In this document: piece by piece, positions 38,305 to 52,700 of the stretch
Numbering within the stretch: the stretch's first letter is position 1
Layout of the letters: each line of letters starts with the position of its first letter
NCBI GenBank assembly: GCA_951406725.2
Contig: OX597824.1
Span: forward strand, 61,752,001 to 61,816,000
Direction of reading: 5' to 3'
DNA from: Octopus vulgaris
Lineage: Eukaryota
DNA: 64,000 nt
Made by a program: the position numbers and the translations under genes
The notes under the pieces: model-generated
What the model was told of the DNA's origin: nothing
Seen by the model: the letters and a program-made list of their open reading frames with translations, nothing else
Database searches by the model: none

Positions 38305-39892
38305 GAGGAGCTTCTTTCAGTTTCTGTCTAACAAATCCACTCACAAGGTTTTGGTCGGCCCGAGGCTGTAGTAGAAAACACTTGCTCAAGGTGCCACGCA
38401 GTGGAACTGAACCCGGAACCATGTCGTTGGGAAGCAAGTAATATATCATAAATATTCGTAGTTCTTAAAGGGAAAACTGACAAAGCTATGAGATTAAACA
38501 TCAAATCAATTAACTGAATCTGAAATTAGCTGTCTTCAAATAACAATCTTAGTATCCAAAACGATGGATGAGGCTAAGAAGTTTGTACAATATTTTCTTT
38601 CATCCTTTACAATCATATATGCTGTGTCGGTTAGAAATAGTGAGTCACAAGTAATGAGAAAGAAGCCTTTACAACAAACTCTAGCTGGTTTGATACAATA
38701 ATTTTAATGTGAACATGAATCTATTCAAGCGCGATTATATTTCTCGCATTATTCATTCTTCCTTCATTATGCCGTGAGCCAGTTCTGGAAGCCCTTTTTC
38801 TGTTCATATGCCAAGTCTTTAAACATTAAGACAATATGCTATTTTTACAGTGCACATTCCATATTATTTATGCTAAGGGCTACACAATTTATTTCACAGA
38901 AAGATTGATATCCAATTTCTGTAAAGCATATTCACGCCATTAATGGCTTGAATAAAATATTTATAGCGCCTTCATTATTCAGACATTCGTTTGATTGTCG
39001 ACAAAAATTTCCGGAATATTCATCACTTGAAAGCAGATATCGATCTGTAATAAGCGCTCATCTTTTTGTCATAATTTGATATTTTGGAGACATCAAAATA
39101 AGATAGTGTTGCATCAATTTTATTAAATTCCAGTTACCTTTCTGTCTGGAATTTACATTTGTAGAAGCCAGGATTGCCAAATGAATCATAGTAAAATTGA
39201 ATTTGCTCAATTTTCAGTTAAGGAGAGTTTGTTTGAAGTGATTAATGTTATTCTTTGAAGCGGTTAAAGCTAAATAAGTAGAAGAAAGAAACTGAGTCCA
39301 TTAATCAGTTTACTGACTTTAAAAGTATGCCCATTTTGAGTGTGTTAACAGTTTCCCAATAAATCCTTTCTAATTGTTTACTAACTCCCAAAATATAACC
39401 TTCTTTTGAAGGTATCTCTCTCTGTCTGGCGCAACAAAGTTGTTCATATTTCCAGATATTTATTCATAAATATGAAACATATGGAATATATATTGGTCGA
39501 AGCTTTATCTAGCTTAGGTAACGGTAAGTATTCGGCAAATCAAATGCAATGCAGCTATTTTGTTATAAATGTTCACTATCTAAATCATTTACTCAATATA
39601 TTGATCAAATTTCGGCTAAAGGGGGTTAGTCACCTTTTGGCATTCCAAAGTTTATCCATTCTACTATAAAGAAGGGTTTCATAGTAACTAATATAAAATG
39701 ATGATCTGAGGCCTATCCGATGAAAGAGAGATGATTGATCATTGATTGTAAGCACAATATGAGAATATATGAGAATCTTTGGTATTGACTTGGCTCTCTC
39801 ACACACACACGTACGTATATATGTATATATATGTGCGTGTATATATTTGTATATATATATATACGTGTATGTGTATGTATGTGTGTATGTGT

Positions 39893-39934
<42 letters not shown>

Positions 39935-40593
39935 TCTTGACTTAACTTATAAACTTATGTATAGTTCGTGAATATTTGTTCATTACATACTTCAGAACAA
40001 TGTCGAAATGTATTGAAAGACAGAAAAAGATAAAATGGTTATTACTAAACGAATATATCGAATAGAATTGATGGTGAAGGAGCCTGCGTGCTCAGAAGAA
40101 GAAACTCATGCGATCATAAGAGTTTGAACATTAATCTATTGTCCTGGAAGTCTGAAATAAATAAAATAATCGAATAATTGAAATATAATTCGATGGCATC
40201 AGCTGTTACGGATTGTAGAATCACTTTGTGCCCTTGTAACATAGACAACATATATGCGCACTTCAAATTTGTGACTGTTCATTCATATTTTTGCGTCTGT
40301 TATATGTGTTGCACAGAACTGTAACTGGAAGAAAATTATTGAAAGCAAAGCATAAATGAAAAAATACTAATTTACACAGTTTTATTCTCTTTCTTTCTTT
40401 TTTGTAAAATACACGAAAATGTAAAATATTTTCATTTATCTTTTGAAGTAAACAATTATTTTCTTAAGTTTTAAATTCTAAAATGAAATATGAATTTACG
40501 GAATTATTAATTCATTTGTTAAACTTATACAGCATGATATATTTAAATATTTAAGACACATGTTATGTCGTACGTCCGTCTTATTATATACTA

Positions 40594-42420
40594 CTAGCTG
40601 AACGACCCGGCGTTGTTCTTATTCAGATTAGTAAACAATAAATATAAAGATATATTCTCATAATCATTTCAAAATATCTGTATTTTATTAAAGACTATCC
40701 AAATTGCAATGATAATAGAATTTTGAACTGAAAATCTGTCAATATTGAAGCACCTCAAGGTAAACAATGTTCCTTGTGTAATTGTTTTGTTCGTGTCCAA
40801 ATGAATAAATTGTTGCTGCTTCTAACTCGCGACCAAGCAACACAGAGTTGACTGTGGGAGAAGCATTTAGTAAAAAAGATCAAGTGTAACTGCCTTGAGG
40901 GATTGACCCTGAGATTTGTTAATTGAAATACCAAAATTTACTTTGACTGTAAACTGAAGCGTCTCAAATTCAAATGGAACATTTGTAAGCATGAGAGGAA
41001 TTTTTGGAATAAAGATATTTTCCCGTTTGTAACTACCGGTTATGATTGTTGCCTGTAGGACATGGGACTTCATGGAAGTAACGTTTAAGCGAGTTCCATT
41101 TCACAGGTGAGGTGGGTCAAGATTCCTAAGCAACATAATGGGAGCACCAAGTTTTTGTATCAAGCTATGCGTTGGCATCCCAGTATGTTTAAGTGTGTTC
41201 AAAAATCCAACAGTATATTGAATAACGTGATCTTGATCGACTGTTGTCAATTGATCAAAAAGTCATTTCTGATATATCTGTTAACATTTTGAAGATGTTC
41301 ATGCTAGAGTTTGTTAACCATTTCATTAGCTAGAGCTAGAATAGCTCTTTCACGTAGCTAGTTTTCATCAATGTAATTGACAGATAAAGTTGGAAATACT
41401 TTATCCATAAGATCCTTAAGAGAAAGTATAATTTGACTGCACGTAAATCCATGTTACAGAAGTCTTGATTTGGTTGTTAATAACCAATTACCAATATCAA
41501 GAAGCTCGTATGATCACCCTGTAGAAATATTCTCATGTTGCTTGTAAGATGAAGGTTTTTTCACATGTCTCCAAAGGCACGATTATTTTAACCATGCATT
41601 GACCGCATCAGCTTTTGGTCGTTTGGGGATAATTGGCAACGTTTGACGAATATCTACTGCAAGAACTGTTACTCCTCCCATGAGCGTGATATTATTTTTT
41701 TATGTCTTGGAGAGTACAGTCAAGTACCTCTAGAGATCCACGATATGGAAGTGCATTCATCCCAAACAATGAGGCAAGTTTGTTGGAGAATATGGAATGA
41801 ACATTTCTTCCCCCACTGAGTAGGGTAGCTGCAAATTCAGAAGATGCAAGACAAGACAGTTAGATTTTATTTCCTCCCATTTAAAATAGCAGTTGAAAGT
41901 GACAAAAAGATTTGCTTTTCCATATGTCCTGACATATGTCATAACATATTGTGTTCGTTGGTGCATATATTGAGGAACATCCGTGAATGATGATAGGTGC
42001 ATTAGAAGTTGCCCCATATTTTGAATATCACCATCTGTCATCAGAGCATCTTGGAGATGAAAATACCATTTTTTTAAATGTTACGAATGTAGAGGAGATG
42101 CTGGATCTCAACTTTAGCACAAGTATCAACCAGGTGTTGCTGAAACAGATCAAGCTACATGTGTAACTGCTTTGATTGTTGTGGACTTATCGTCATTTGG
42201 TAAGAATAGAAGTCATTTGACGACACCTTTTTGTTTGTAATTGGCTCTCCTGTTGCAGCTTCAATGTGTGGAATATTGAAATGATATCCACCTTGTCCAT
42301 TCCGCAAAATAAGAGGATACTGGAAAGTAGCATATGAGGAGTGAATATCTGAAACACGTTTAAGTTTGTAATCCCGAGCACGAATAAGAATATCACGTTT
42401 TTCATGGGGATCGCCTACAA
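40594..42420 (-). mobile_element. Helitron remnant with canonical 3' end (Rep and helicase fragments)
   Basis: Minus-strand 3' end ...CAACGCCGGGTCGTTCAGCTAG followed by T. Helicase IFIPKIPL..SINKSQGQSLK; Rep PQYMHQRTQ.VMTYVR.YGK.NLFVTF. Confidence 0.9.
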
Positions 42421-42574
42421 TAAGGATGGCTACTTCATAAGATGTGGGTTCATTAAAACCACAAAATATGTCCTTTACTCTAGTTTACTATAGACGTAAG
42501 GAACGCGGAAACACACACACTCACAGACACATCGACACTCATAGAATTGATAATATTGAAAATAGCAAATGCAT

Positions 42575-42965
42575 CGAGCTAGCAGAATCGTTAGCACGCC
42601 GGGCGAAATGCTTAGCAGTATTTCGTCTGCCGCTACATTCTGAGTTCAAATTTCGCCGAGGTCGACTTTGCCTTTTAGCCTTTCGGGGTCGATTAAATAA
42701 GTACCAGTTACGCACTGGGGTCACGTAATCGACTTAATCCGTTTGTCTGTCCTTGTTTGACCCCTCTGTATTTAGCACCTTGTGGGTAGTAAAGAAATAG
42801 GTATTTCGACTGTCTTTACATTCTGAGTTCAAATTCCGCCGAGGTCGACCTTTTCTTTAAACTTTTGGGGTTCGATAAATTAAGTACCAGTTGCGTACTG
42901 GGGTCGATCTAATCGACTGTCCCCCTCAACCAAAACTTCGGGCCTTGTGCTTAGAGTAGAAAAGA
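42575..42965 (+). mobile_element. Dimeric Meta/MESC-like SINE
   Basis: Two consecutive units, each GTATTTCG..TTCTGAGTTCAAATT.CGCCGAGGTCGAC..GTACCAGTT.CG.ACTGGGGTC. Confidence 0.85.
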
Positions 42966-43459
42966 CTACTGCAAACAGCATAACGTACGCACACAAAGGT
43001 CAAGCAAAACGAGGTGCAAAGCATACTTTCTGTAGTATAGTTATGGTATAAAAAAGTTTTGTTAGGGAATATTTGGAACACAATTATTCCAGCGTTGGAC
43101 AGTCACCAATTTAGCAAAAATAATCGGGTAATATTTACTTTAATATCCGGCCACAAAAAAAATTGTAATAGATGTAAAAAGATCTGTATTAATCTAATAA
43201 GAAAACAAAAAATTGCACAAAAAAAAAACCGGGGTGTGGGCAGAAGACTTTCGAAAGATGCACAAGATCTGATGTTTTCCCTCATAACATTTAGGAAAAT
43301 GGGGATCTTTTAATGAAATACATTTCAAATGGCATAGATCACGATTATAAAGAAATTTATGGGTAAAATATTTTCCGAAAGAGTGAGAAGAGGATTTTGG
43401 AAGATTAAGAAAGTCATAAATTACATTTTTGTTTGAGTGTAATGGAAATAAGGGAAATA

Positions 43460-45066
43460 TTCCCTTTTGTACATCTCCCTCACATGGTGGAAAACTGATT
43501 TCCTACCATTTCTTATAATATTAATGATGAGAAAGTCATGAAAATCGAGAATTAATATTTAACAAAAATTCATTTCAGTATTATATCAGGTCATACCATA
43601 AATTCTGTCCAATTTTATAAAATTGAATGAAAATTAATAGCATTTTAGAATGTCTAATGGAAGCAAAAATTATATTTATGCATTTGTGTACATTTAAAAT
43701 AATTAAATGTAATTTTACACAATAATAGAATTAAACTTTCTTTAACTAAAACCCTTTCTAACATGGAAGTATCCAAAGAGCATTTGAGGCACATAATGCT
43801 TTAGAGTAAAAAAAAGGAAACACTGTAGCCGAAGAGACTCGAAACATCCACTCAGTTTATGGGAAATAATGCTTGAATGAAAGAACTTGCTGAAGATGGT
43901 TTGCAAAATTCAGAAGTGGAGATTTCAGCGTTGAACATGAAGATCGAACAGGACGTCCAGATGAGATTGATGATAAGCTCCTTGAGGCATTATTTGAAGA
44001 AAATCCTGCATTATGTTGAAGAATTGGTAATAAAGCTTAGTTCACACCATACAACAGTTCGTCGTCATCTTCAACAACTTGGAAAGGTTACTAAGCTTGG
44101 AAAATGGGTGCCTCATGAGTTGTCCAAAAGCATCCGCAAATCCCGAGTTGACATCTGCTCTTCTCTCCATTCTTGCGAACTCATTTCACCTTTTTGGATA
44201 GATTTGTGACTGGAGACGAAAAGTGGATCTTCTATCAAGATGTTAAACGTCGTAAACATTGGCTTGGTAAAAGAGAAAAAGCTCAACCACAGCCTAGAAG
44301 GGAACTTCATCGGGGAAAAGTTTCTTCACTGTATCTGGTGAGATTGCTAAGGAGTAATTCACTTTGAATTGTTAACACCTAATGCAACAATCAATGCTCA
44401 ACTCTACTGTCAGCAATTAGAGCGTTCGAACCAAGCTTTGAAGAAAAAACGACCCGCTTTAGTGAATGGAAAAGGAGTGATGTTTCATCAGGATAATGCG
44501 CGACCCCACACTGCAATGATCATATCACAGAAGATCGAAGAGCTTGGTTGGGAAAATATTCATCATCCACCTTATTCTCCTGTCCTTGATCCTTCAGACT
44601 ACCATATTTTCGTAGTTTACAGAATCATTTGGGGGACATAACTTTCGCAAGCCAGGAGGAGTTCGAAATTGACATTTGAAAGTTCTGCGCTCTGAAAACA
44701 AAATAGTTTTACATTGATTGGATTAAAAAGCTTGTAAATAGATAGAAGGGAAAGTACATTGATAATTAAATTTCAATTAAATATAACATTGGATTAATTG
44801 TTTTCTTTATTCAAAATTCAGACAGAACTTATGGGATGACCTGATATATTCATGTCCCAATTTGTCTGATGGTAAGGCCTAAGTCTATGAAATTTGCCTA
44901 AACTTGGGATATAAATATACATGATACAGTAATGAAGTTTTTTTAAATAGAAATTCTTGATTTTTATCACTTTCTCATCATCATTATTATTATAAGAAAT
45001 GGAAGGAAATTAATTTTCCACCATGTTTAATATTAAAAAAAAATTATTGGGGAGGGGTACAAAGGG
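43460..45066. mobile_element. Foldback/MITE (arms ~43460-43581 and ~44923-45066) interrupted by a mariner
   Basis: CATGGTGGAAAA..ATTTCCT.CCATTTCTTATAATA..ATGATGAGAAAGT pairs with ACTTTCTCATCAT..TATAAGAAATGGAAGGAAAT..TTTTCCACCATG. Confidence 0.8.
43584..44846 (+). mobile_element. Full-length mariner (DD34D-type) transposon, transposase pseudogene from ~43763
   Basis: TIRs TATCAGGTCAT.CCATAA.TTCTGTC at both ends with TA flanks, ~1.26 kb. Motifs WVPHEL, TGDEKW, HQDNARPH and HPPYSP.L.PSDYH; multiple frameshifts. Confidence 0.95.
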
Positions 45067-45168
45067 ACGCCTTTTTGAAATAAGTTTAAAAAAAAAAAAT
45101 TTTTATATTTTTTTTATTTGGGTTATAGATTTTTGAAAATGATCCCAGCGGTGACGTGCTAAAAACAA

Positions 45169-45226
<58 letters not shown>

Positions 45227-45245
45227 GCACATACATACACATGCA

Positions 45246-45281
<36 letters not shown>

Positions 45282-45849
45282 CATATATCCATTCATACAC
45301 CCACACACGTATATATAGATAAGAGTACACATGCATCTATAACAAACAAAGATATGAATGAATAAATAAATAAATACATATACAAACATATGAGCAAATA
45401 AATACATACATAAATAAATATATATATATATATATAACTTAGATATACCATATATATATATATACATATACATATTTTTCACCCACACATATCACCTTAC
45501 ATTAGAATATTTAATAAGAAATAGAAATAAGATATAATCAAAATAGTGAAAATAGTTAAAATGAGTTATCATATACCACTATATAATTTATAAATGCATA
45601 AACCTAATAAATTATATTAGATATTAGCTATTATATTAGATATTTATAGCAATAAATGCCCATTAATTACATAATGAAAAATAATTTATTGCATATAATG
45701 ACTATCCCATATCTGAGTTATATTATCTGTATAAATATTAATAATGCTTATATTAATGACATTAATATCAACTTAATAAATAAATTACAAAATCACTCAA
45801 ATTTATTATTTATTAATACTGATGAAATATTAGAAATCTACTGATATTC

Positions 45850-46235
45850 TGCAAAAAGATATGTACTCTCATGGGTACAGGCTAAAATTTTTGGAGAATG
45901 TATGTTTGAAGTTAACCCGCAGGAAATAAATATTTGATATAACTCTTCAGTGCTCAACTCGCATCTGTTTTTGCGATATTGCAAGACTTAACATGGCGGA
46001 TAATATCCCAGTCCCTTTTAAAATCCATTTCCTTATCTTGAAGCCTCCATATGAATTTAATCAGACCTGTTAAACGTTTTCCTGTTTAAAGCTATTTAAG
46101 TGGTTAAAGAAGCGGGTTTTAAATGTATTAGATGTCACTCCAGTATACATATACTTATTATTAAATGCATCAATCTCACATTTATATAAAATATTATCTT
46201 CATTACAAAGATCTTAAGGCGTCCACCGATACAAC
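45850..46235 (-). mobile_element. PLE GIY-YIG fragment
   Basis: CNEDNILYKCEI..YMYTGVTSNTFKTRFFNHLNSF..LIKFIWRLQDK..WDII. Confidence 0.8.
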
Positions 46236-46807
46236 TACATAATCTATTATTATTATTAGTAGTAATAGTATTATAGTAGTAGTTGTTGTTATTTTAGTAG
46301 TAGTAGTATTGTAATTTCTATCATTATAGAAGTTGTCGAGTTTCTGTTTTTATTTATGAATTTGTATAAGTTCTTATATTTTCATTTGTTTGTACAGGTA
46401 CTTATTTATCTATTCATTCCTCTACTTATTCAATCATTCATTTATGTATTTATATATTTATTTTTTAGATGTATATGTACTTTTATCGAGTAGGGAAAAC
46501 CTGCTTTTTTTCTGTCGAGGACTTCCATGCCCCATTATTAGACTTATTTTCCTGAGCATTGCGCGCTGATCACTATATGCTTTAAGTTTATAAAATAAGA
46601 TTATTCATATTTACAGAATTGTAAAACTCGACAATACTTAACAAAAGATTCGCACTGAAATCATACACACACACACACATACATATCTATATATGAGTGT
46701 GAGTGTGCATATATTTGTGTGTATATATGAGTGTGCGTACATGTGTATGTGTATATATGTATAAGCCGAATATATATATATATGTGTATATGTATATATG
46801 TATAAGC

Positions 46808-46863
<56 letters not shown>

Positions 46864-47179
46864 CACCTAGTGATTTCGGTTCTCTACTCCCATAATTTAA
46901 TAACCTGTCTATTGTTTTTTTTTATATCACTATCGTATTTTTGCATGTGTATGTCCTCATCAACCTTATTGTTATCTATTATAATTTATGACAAAAACTA
47001 TTTTTATAACTATATATTTTTATATTATGTATTGATTTTAATGGTACACTTTTTTTCCTGTTTGATTATTTAATGCTTTCACTATATTTTCAATTTAATT
47101 CATTTAATATTATGAGCGATGAATTGAAACAATTGTAGGTATTGCCTATGTATTAATTAATTTTTATTAATCTTATCTC

Positions 47180-47251
47180 GTGAACTATCAGTCACATTGT
47201 TCTAAAATCAGAACCGGTTCTGATCTTAGAACAATTTGGCTGATATTTCAC
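47180..47251. repeat. Imperfect ~72-bp palindrome centred on GAACCGGTTC
   Basis: ATCAGTCACATTGTTCTAAAATCAGAACC|GGTTCTGATCTTAGAACAATTTGGCTGAT. Confidence 0.85.
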
Positions 47252-48949
47252 ACAGATTAAGTGACTATCAAGTTGCCAAACCTTTACAAATAACATTACA
47301 CATATCAATAACTGATAATTCAAATGCCCATATTATTGTCACATAATATTGGAGTGAAATGAAGGAGTTCATAAGCCGAATATATAGTTCCGGTCTCAAT
47401 CCCACATCCCAGCAAGCTGGTTTCAAACAGGTGCCATTTTGGGGGAGTTTCAGAGGCTTGTATACATAGATCGGGATTTTGTTATAAATCAACTAATGTA
47501 ATCCGAATTATGCAATGTCAGAGGGCTTGAGAGATTGGTCATAATTGGAACACCTTTCAAGCATTTGTAACCTCAGCCAGCACTAAACTTGAGCAAAAGA
47601 AATAAATTAACTAGTACATCTATAAACAGTGAATCAATAGAATACCTATTCCAATGTAATTGTGATGATATTTGAAGACATTATATAGTGGGATAAAATT
47701 AAATGCTACATGGAATTTAGTAAGTGCCTTATCTTTTATAATATTCAGCGCCAGTAATTTTCAATCTGGCATAATTCCACATAATTTTAAGGGATTACAT
47801 AATTGTTGGAATTTACAAATGGACACAATTAAATAAGGCAAAGCATATATACAAGCGTCTCTTAACATGCCAACTTACTGCATGTTTAGATAAGATTTCG
47901 TATGCCGACAATTTTCAGAAAAAATTAAATTGAAACCAATATCTTTAATTAAGCAAATATTAGAAATCGGCAAATCTGATGTAAATTTTCTCGGCAAAAT
48001 TCCTTTGACATTAAACATAATTTAGAATAAGCGATTATAGCAAGTATTTACAGAAACAAGAATTAAAGTAGCACCGCCGGCAGCAAAATTGTAATGTTAT
48101 TTATGATGTGAATGGATGATAAATTATCTAAAGTTCAGCTAGGTGGATACATTTGATATTTTGCTTCCTTTCCAAGTTATGAAGGAATTACTGAGCACTA
48201 ATTTATATAATTAAATTACATATTAATCATGTTATTTGAATAATGAATTAGTTCATGTCTGAATGAATTTTTATTCGACTACAGACATATGAGAAATAAG
48301 AATGGTAGAGAATCAGATTTGTAAACAATGCATTCAACTAATTATTACTTTTTCCAAAATACTGTATATTGTAAAATTATTTATACGGGGTTTCGTATTA
48401 AATAACGTAAGCGATATAATTTAAGACACTTATGCATTTTACAATGTTAAAGACCAATAGGATATTAACTATAAGATTTTAAATATTTTAAACCACATTT
48501 TTTAAAGTACATTAGTTGAATAGATTGACGGTGCACCTTATTAAATACGGTGTATCTCCAATAATCCCATGGATAAAAAGTGCTTTTATGAGGAATAATA
48601 TGTAGAGATAATTAATAATTTAATGCAATCTTAGGGAACATAGTGAAATTGCGTGGTTCAAAGCTAGTTAATTTTTTTATAACAGATTGGTGCGTGCAGT
48701 ACAATGCCATAGTACGCCGTACATTGAAAATGAAGGAACCAGCCTGGATGTCCACATATACAAAACATAACAAGGAAATATAATAGTAAGCGACCCACAC
48801 AAGAGTATTCGAATAATATCGAGAAACAAATAATATCCAACTTCCCAAAACTGTCCTACACAGCAATCGAAAATCACTTTCTCGAATCTAGCAAGTACCA
48901 TAACACACTTAATACACATAACGTAAGCATCGCCTTCTTCTCTAGCCGT

Positions 48950-49700
48950 AACCTTGAATAAATAATTGCAACACATAATGCCAGAATGCTATCCTTCTAC
49001 TTAATGACTCTCGATAATAGTGCACTAAACTGAAATGGGGAATCTATTAACGGAAATTTTAGTAATCCAAATCTGGAGGATAGGACAGAGATAATTAACA
49101 ACAGACGAGACTTAGGCGCTGAAACCGCAATAACACGCAGTAGATGCAGGAGGCGTGGCAACCTAAGAACCAGCAGCCAACGAGAAATAACCCTAACACA
49201 TTATGATATCTCCATAGGACAAGGAGCGCGAACTTCTAGAAATACCAGAATACAAACACCTATGCATAGGGAATTCAGAAAGAATACTGGAGCGAGAGAA
49301 ACGATTATGAGAGAGACGTCTAGTATAAACTACTAGACAATAAATAATAGAAATAGGGAATCAAGACTATGCTATTGTGCCACGGACACATTATGCCCGT
49401 TAGACTCTAGATGTCTGACAAAAGTCTTGGTGTATAGATGCAAAATCATCTCTCAAAGAAGGATATACTTTTATATAGTGGCAAGCTCCTTTCATTTCAA
49501 GAGCAGACCAGCTAATCACTTCAATTCTTTTAGTGATAGGAAAAAGTAAATGATAATAGTCTAAGCAAACTAATCTGGTCAATTAAAGACAAGGACCATA
49601 GATATTCTACAGAGCGGAAAATAATTAGCGCGGCCAAACCATATCGAGTAGGGGAAAATAGATGCGACCAGTATATAGAAGAATTATACCAAATATTTAC
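48950..49700 (+). mobile_element. PLE fragment (linker + GIY-YIG)
   Basis: CYC..LCPLDSRCLTKVLVYRCKI..YFYI..FKSR.ANHFNSF..SLSKLIWSIKDK..KII..AKPY..RCD..EE. Confidence 0.8.
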
Positions 49701-52700
49701 TTCAAGACACACACACAAACACACATGTATTCATATCTGCGTTTATGTGTATGCATATTCAGTCCTTAAATATACGAAAATATATCATATCTGAATCATT
49801 TATATATTTTCATTTTTTACTTGTAAATAGATCAGTAATTATAATGGACAATTGTATAATAAAAACAACATACTTTTCAATTTAATTTTATTATCCCCCC
49901 CCCCCGCCACCCGGCACCGTTAGATATTTATTCGAAAATCAATTCCAGATTCCACACTGCCCTGGGCACAAATCATGACAAATTTGTCAAGTTCAAGAGT
50001 GTTATCCGACAAAAAATGTAATACCTGTATATACTGATAGGTCGGTATGTGTTGATATAAAGTTTACAGGCCAACTTAGGTTAGCAAATATAGAGTTCAA
50101 GATGTAAAACTGATAAATTTAGTAAGACTATTTGTCATCTGTAATATTAATTATCTTGGCTGACACTAGATGAGATAAACTTGGACTTTCTCAGAAGAGA
50201 ATAAATGACAAGAAACGAATGAATATGATTTACGAGAACTTATAAATGTATAGTTAAGAAGAGGAAATAATGACTAACTCAATTTTATTCGTTCAGTTCA
50301 AAGGACCTGTGGCATTCAGAGAGAATGTGAGCAACCTAGCCTTTGGTATAGCTGGACTTATATATGAGAGCGTTCGTTTACTCTGTGTCATATTTTACAC
50401 CATGATCTGTGACTCTCTGTTTCTTATTCACAGAACCTTTCACTACTCAAGTACAATATCAATTAGCAAGTAAACCCCTTCAAAATTTATATTCTTTTCA
50501 GGTGGCAAGCTTACAGAATCGTTAGTATATCGGCCACAATGTCTTGCGTTATTTCTTTAGACTCTTTATGTTCTGAGTTAAATTCCTTCTCGAAGCAGCT
50601 ATACCTTTTATCACGCTAGCGATCATAAAATAATGCATGCATTGGTGAAGTATTGGTGGTAGGGTGGGTGTCAGTGATGTCGATTAATCACCTGATTATA
50701 AAAGTACTGGACTTTCTTTCAGAAATAGCAGTTATGCGTCGTAGACTCGCGTTGGTCTTTAAGTGTCGTCAACATTTAACGTCACAAATTTCTTTAAACA
50801 TACTGTCTCCATTATATTTGACAAAGCTCTCCACGATAAAACGAATGAGAAATGTAAATAACAGCGATGTCTCACTTAAGTTACTACCTATAACTTTAAA
50901 ATGGGAACAGATGATACATTATATATTGTAGACCTACATAAATGTTTCCTGAAAAATTAGATGGTGATTGTCACAGATGAAAGACCTATAATTTTAGGCT
51001 TATTCCTTACTGAACCACAAAGAAAATATACTACTTGACGATATCTAAGTGCATGAATGTAGTTGACCCAGTATAAATATGACAGAGCTGAGATGATGAC
51101 AAGAGGTCAATAACGGATATGGCATGTCCTTATAAGGGGTTGTGCATTTAGGACCACGTTACATACTGTACTTTATCTTAATAAAGCAGTAGGGTGATAT
51201 TTGAGCGATTTCTGGATAATATTTCTTACAGGACCAGCGACCACGTAGTCTCCGTCATTTAGGCGTATCACAAATCTTGTTTAAAACAAACATCTGTCAA
51301 AATTTAGTGCAGACACTTTTAGTGCAGATACGGATAAAGCATGGTGTGTCCAATACTTCTATTTTACTCTTTTTCAGTAAATTGAGTAGTTTCCTACAAA
51401 AGCGAACTTCAAAAATAAAGTAAATCTGAAATGTTTTTTAACACCTCCCATTGATTCACACAATAGTATATTCTTGTGTGATATTTCGATGTTCGTAGTC
51501 TACATAATATCGACCTATCTGTCTTAAAAGAATATTGTTTCATTTATTATTTCACTATTTCACTATTACTTACTGCTCACTTTTTGTATTCACATTTCAG
51601 ATATAAAAAATAGACACACTTAGTGTAGATTATCCATTGAACATTTGCAGTCGTAACAAAAATAACTCTAGTAATGTTAAAATGTAACAAGAGTGAGAGA
51701 GATAGGAAGGGGTGTAATATTATAGACATATATGTTTTTCTTAAACTAAAACTCCACACTAATGGTAGATTAAATGTAGTTTGAGCGTGATATTAATGTT
51801 TTACTACATCTGCTAAATCCTTTGTTTACTATTTCGCAACGTTTCTCTCCAAATGATAATATATCGGTACAGGTTGACGTTTTCTTTATCCACTCCTTTT
51901 CCAGAAATACTTTTCTATCTATTAATATTCTTTGGTCGCCTTCTATTGTTTTTTTTTATTTTGCATCTATCTTTACTGCCCTTTGAGCATTTTGTCGCCC
52001 TCCCCATATATTTTCCGTCTCGGTTCACTCTGTCTTTCTCTCTCATTTTAATGTATTTCTTAAGACCTTTCCTCATTTGTTCTCTTTCTCTTCATGCATA
52101 TCTTACTTTTTTGTGCATGTGCCATTTTACATATAATATGTATTTAAATACAAAGACGACATAAAAAAAAATATCGTTACCCCATCATTTACATCTCTAT
52201 CATTCTGTATTCATCCGAAACCAGGTGACTTTTCCCATTATCCATTTATAATGTTTCATTTTGTTTGTCCTATCTAACCCCTGCTTTACCATTTATTTGT
52301 CATGAAATATTTCTCCGAATATATTTCTGCTTTATCTATAATTCGATAAACATTTTTTACCTGCATTCCGTTCCGCTAATTTCTTTTAAGAAGAAAAATC
52401 CTTTTGTTTGTTTCTTTCCTTTTTATTTATCTTCTAATTACAAATAGAAGTCACTTCAATATTGTTAAAACCTTTTAGGTGCTGGGAAAACTAAAATTAG
52501 ATATAATAAATACAAGCTAAAATCAAAAGTGATGCAGAGACAAAATAAAAATTTCTTTTCATAGTAAAAAAAAAAATCATAAAATAGTAAGAGAAAATCT
52601 TGTGTCAGAAATAGAAATGTATATGAAAAAGGAAAAAATATACAAACTAGAAATATTGAAGAAAATAAAACTGCCATCTATAGAAAATAGGAAATAGATG

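Noticed and set aside
47268-47492. Non-repetitive 74-aa ORF as a possible host exon (also 26067-26385, 55007-55207, 55468-55671)
   Set aside because: No recognisable domain and no consistent splice-site pairs.
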